Positions 27,743-27,967 of a DNA stretch of 27,967 nucleotides are shown one piece after another. The number at the start of each line of letters is the position of its first letter. Position 1 is the stretch's first letter. Source of the stretch: Thermoproteaceae archaeon (GTDB lineage Archaea > Thermoproteota > Thermoprotei > Thermoproteales > Thermoproteaceae); NCBI GenBank assembly GCA_020833025.1, contig JAJHRB010000014.1, positions 1 through 27,967 on the forward strand. Direction: 5' to 3'. Below the pieces are notes generated by a model. It saw nothing but the letters and a program-made list of their open reading frames with translations. It was not told the origin of the DNA and made no database searches. Position numbers and translations under genes: made by a program.

Positions 27743-27764
27743 GAATCTCAAGAAGGGTTGAAAC
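27743..27764 (+). CRISPR. Solitary degenerate CRISPR repeat (no array)
   Basis: GAATCTCAAGAAGGGTTGAAAC. Differs from the Pyrobaculum/Thermoproteus repeat type GAATCTCAAGAAGAGGATTGAAAG (remembered) by two single-base gaps and the last base. Ends in the typical TTGAAA(C/G). No second copy seen in the window. Confidence 0.6.
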
Positions 27765-27967
27765 GTGATGAGCAGGCTCAGCCTGCGCGGCCTCGTCTAC
27801 TGCCCGCTGCCAGTGCGCCGCATCGCGCTGCCGTCAAGGACGCGCGTCCGCGATCAGCTCTACGGCTCGAGCCCGCCGTCGGTCTTCGTCGGGAGGGTCG
27901 GCTACCCCGACGTCATGCTGTACCCCGCCGCGCCGCCCGAGACGGGAGACACGTCAGTTTACGAGAG
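27765..27967 (+). CDS. nreA: DNA repair protein Nre (DUF650 N-terminal domain), 3' partial
   Basis: Translated by eye: VMSRLSLRGLVYCPL...LYGSSPPSVFVGRVGYPDV...PPETGDTS, where GSSPPSVFVG.xGYP is the DUF650 hallmark. An in-frame TGA at 27759-27761 fixes the start at GTG 27765 or ATG 27768. Confidence 0.88.
   Translation, partial: MMSRLSLRGLVYCPLPVRRIALPSRTRVRDQLYGSSPPSVFVGRVGYPDVMLYPAAPPETGDTSVYE

Noticed and set aside
27765-27771. Perfect C box GTGATGA
   Set aside because: No D box within the next 60 nt. It is just the GTG ATG start of nre.
27743-27967. A full CRISPR array
   Set aside because: Only one repeat copy. The sequence after it is clearly nre coding DNA, and no cas genes are in the window.
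1-27967. tRNA, rRNA, SRP RNA, IS elements or integrase
   Set aside because: No T-loop GTTCRAATC in intergenic DNA, no SRP helix-8 motif, no transposase or recombinase motifs, and no terminal inverted repeats found by eye.

Overview
GC-rich archaeal chromosomal window that looks like Thermoproteaceae (Pyrobaculum/Thermoproteus-like), judged from remembered protein similarity, frequent GTG starts and TATA boxes about 25 nt upstream of apparently leaderless starts. Most of it is housekeeping: lysJ, D-proline dehydrogenase, uS14, AK6-type adenylate kinase, gltX, UPF0201, UPF0200 kinase, trm1, an HTH regulator, a PUA protein, a COG2112 kinase, UPF0148, ileS, an XPB-like helicase, VKOR and a SplB-like radical SAM enzyme. 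Lineage-specific secreted proteins are interspersed. The right end carries an accessory segment with a 986-aa STAND-like ATPase/helical-repeat protein and a paREP15-like gene, then the 5' part of an nre (DUF650) DNA-repair gene. The most unusual signal is a single degenerate Pyrobaculum-type CRISPR repeat (GAATCTCAAGAAGGGTTGAAAC, 27743-27764). It lies just downstream of a leader-like promoter and abuts the start codon of an nre gene that lacks most of its N-terminal zinc-finger cysteines. There is also one convincing and one weaker box C/D sRNA, several structured intergenic segments, and two apparent 1-nt frameshifts (ileS start; small secreted protein) that may be assembly errors. No tRNA, rRNA, CRISPR array, cas gene or transposase was seen. 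Family assignments come from motif reading and memory, not database searches.
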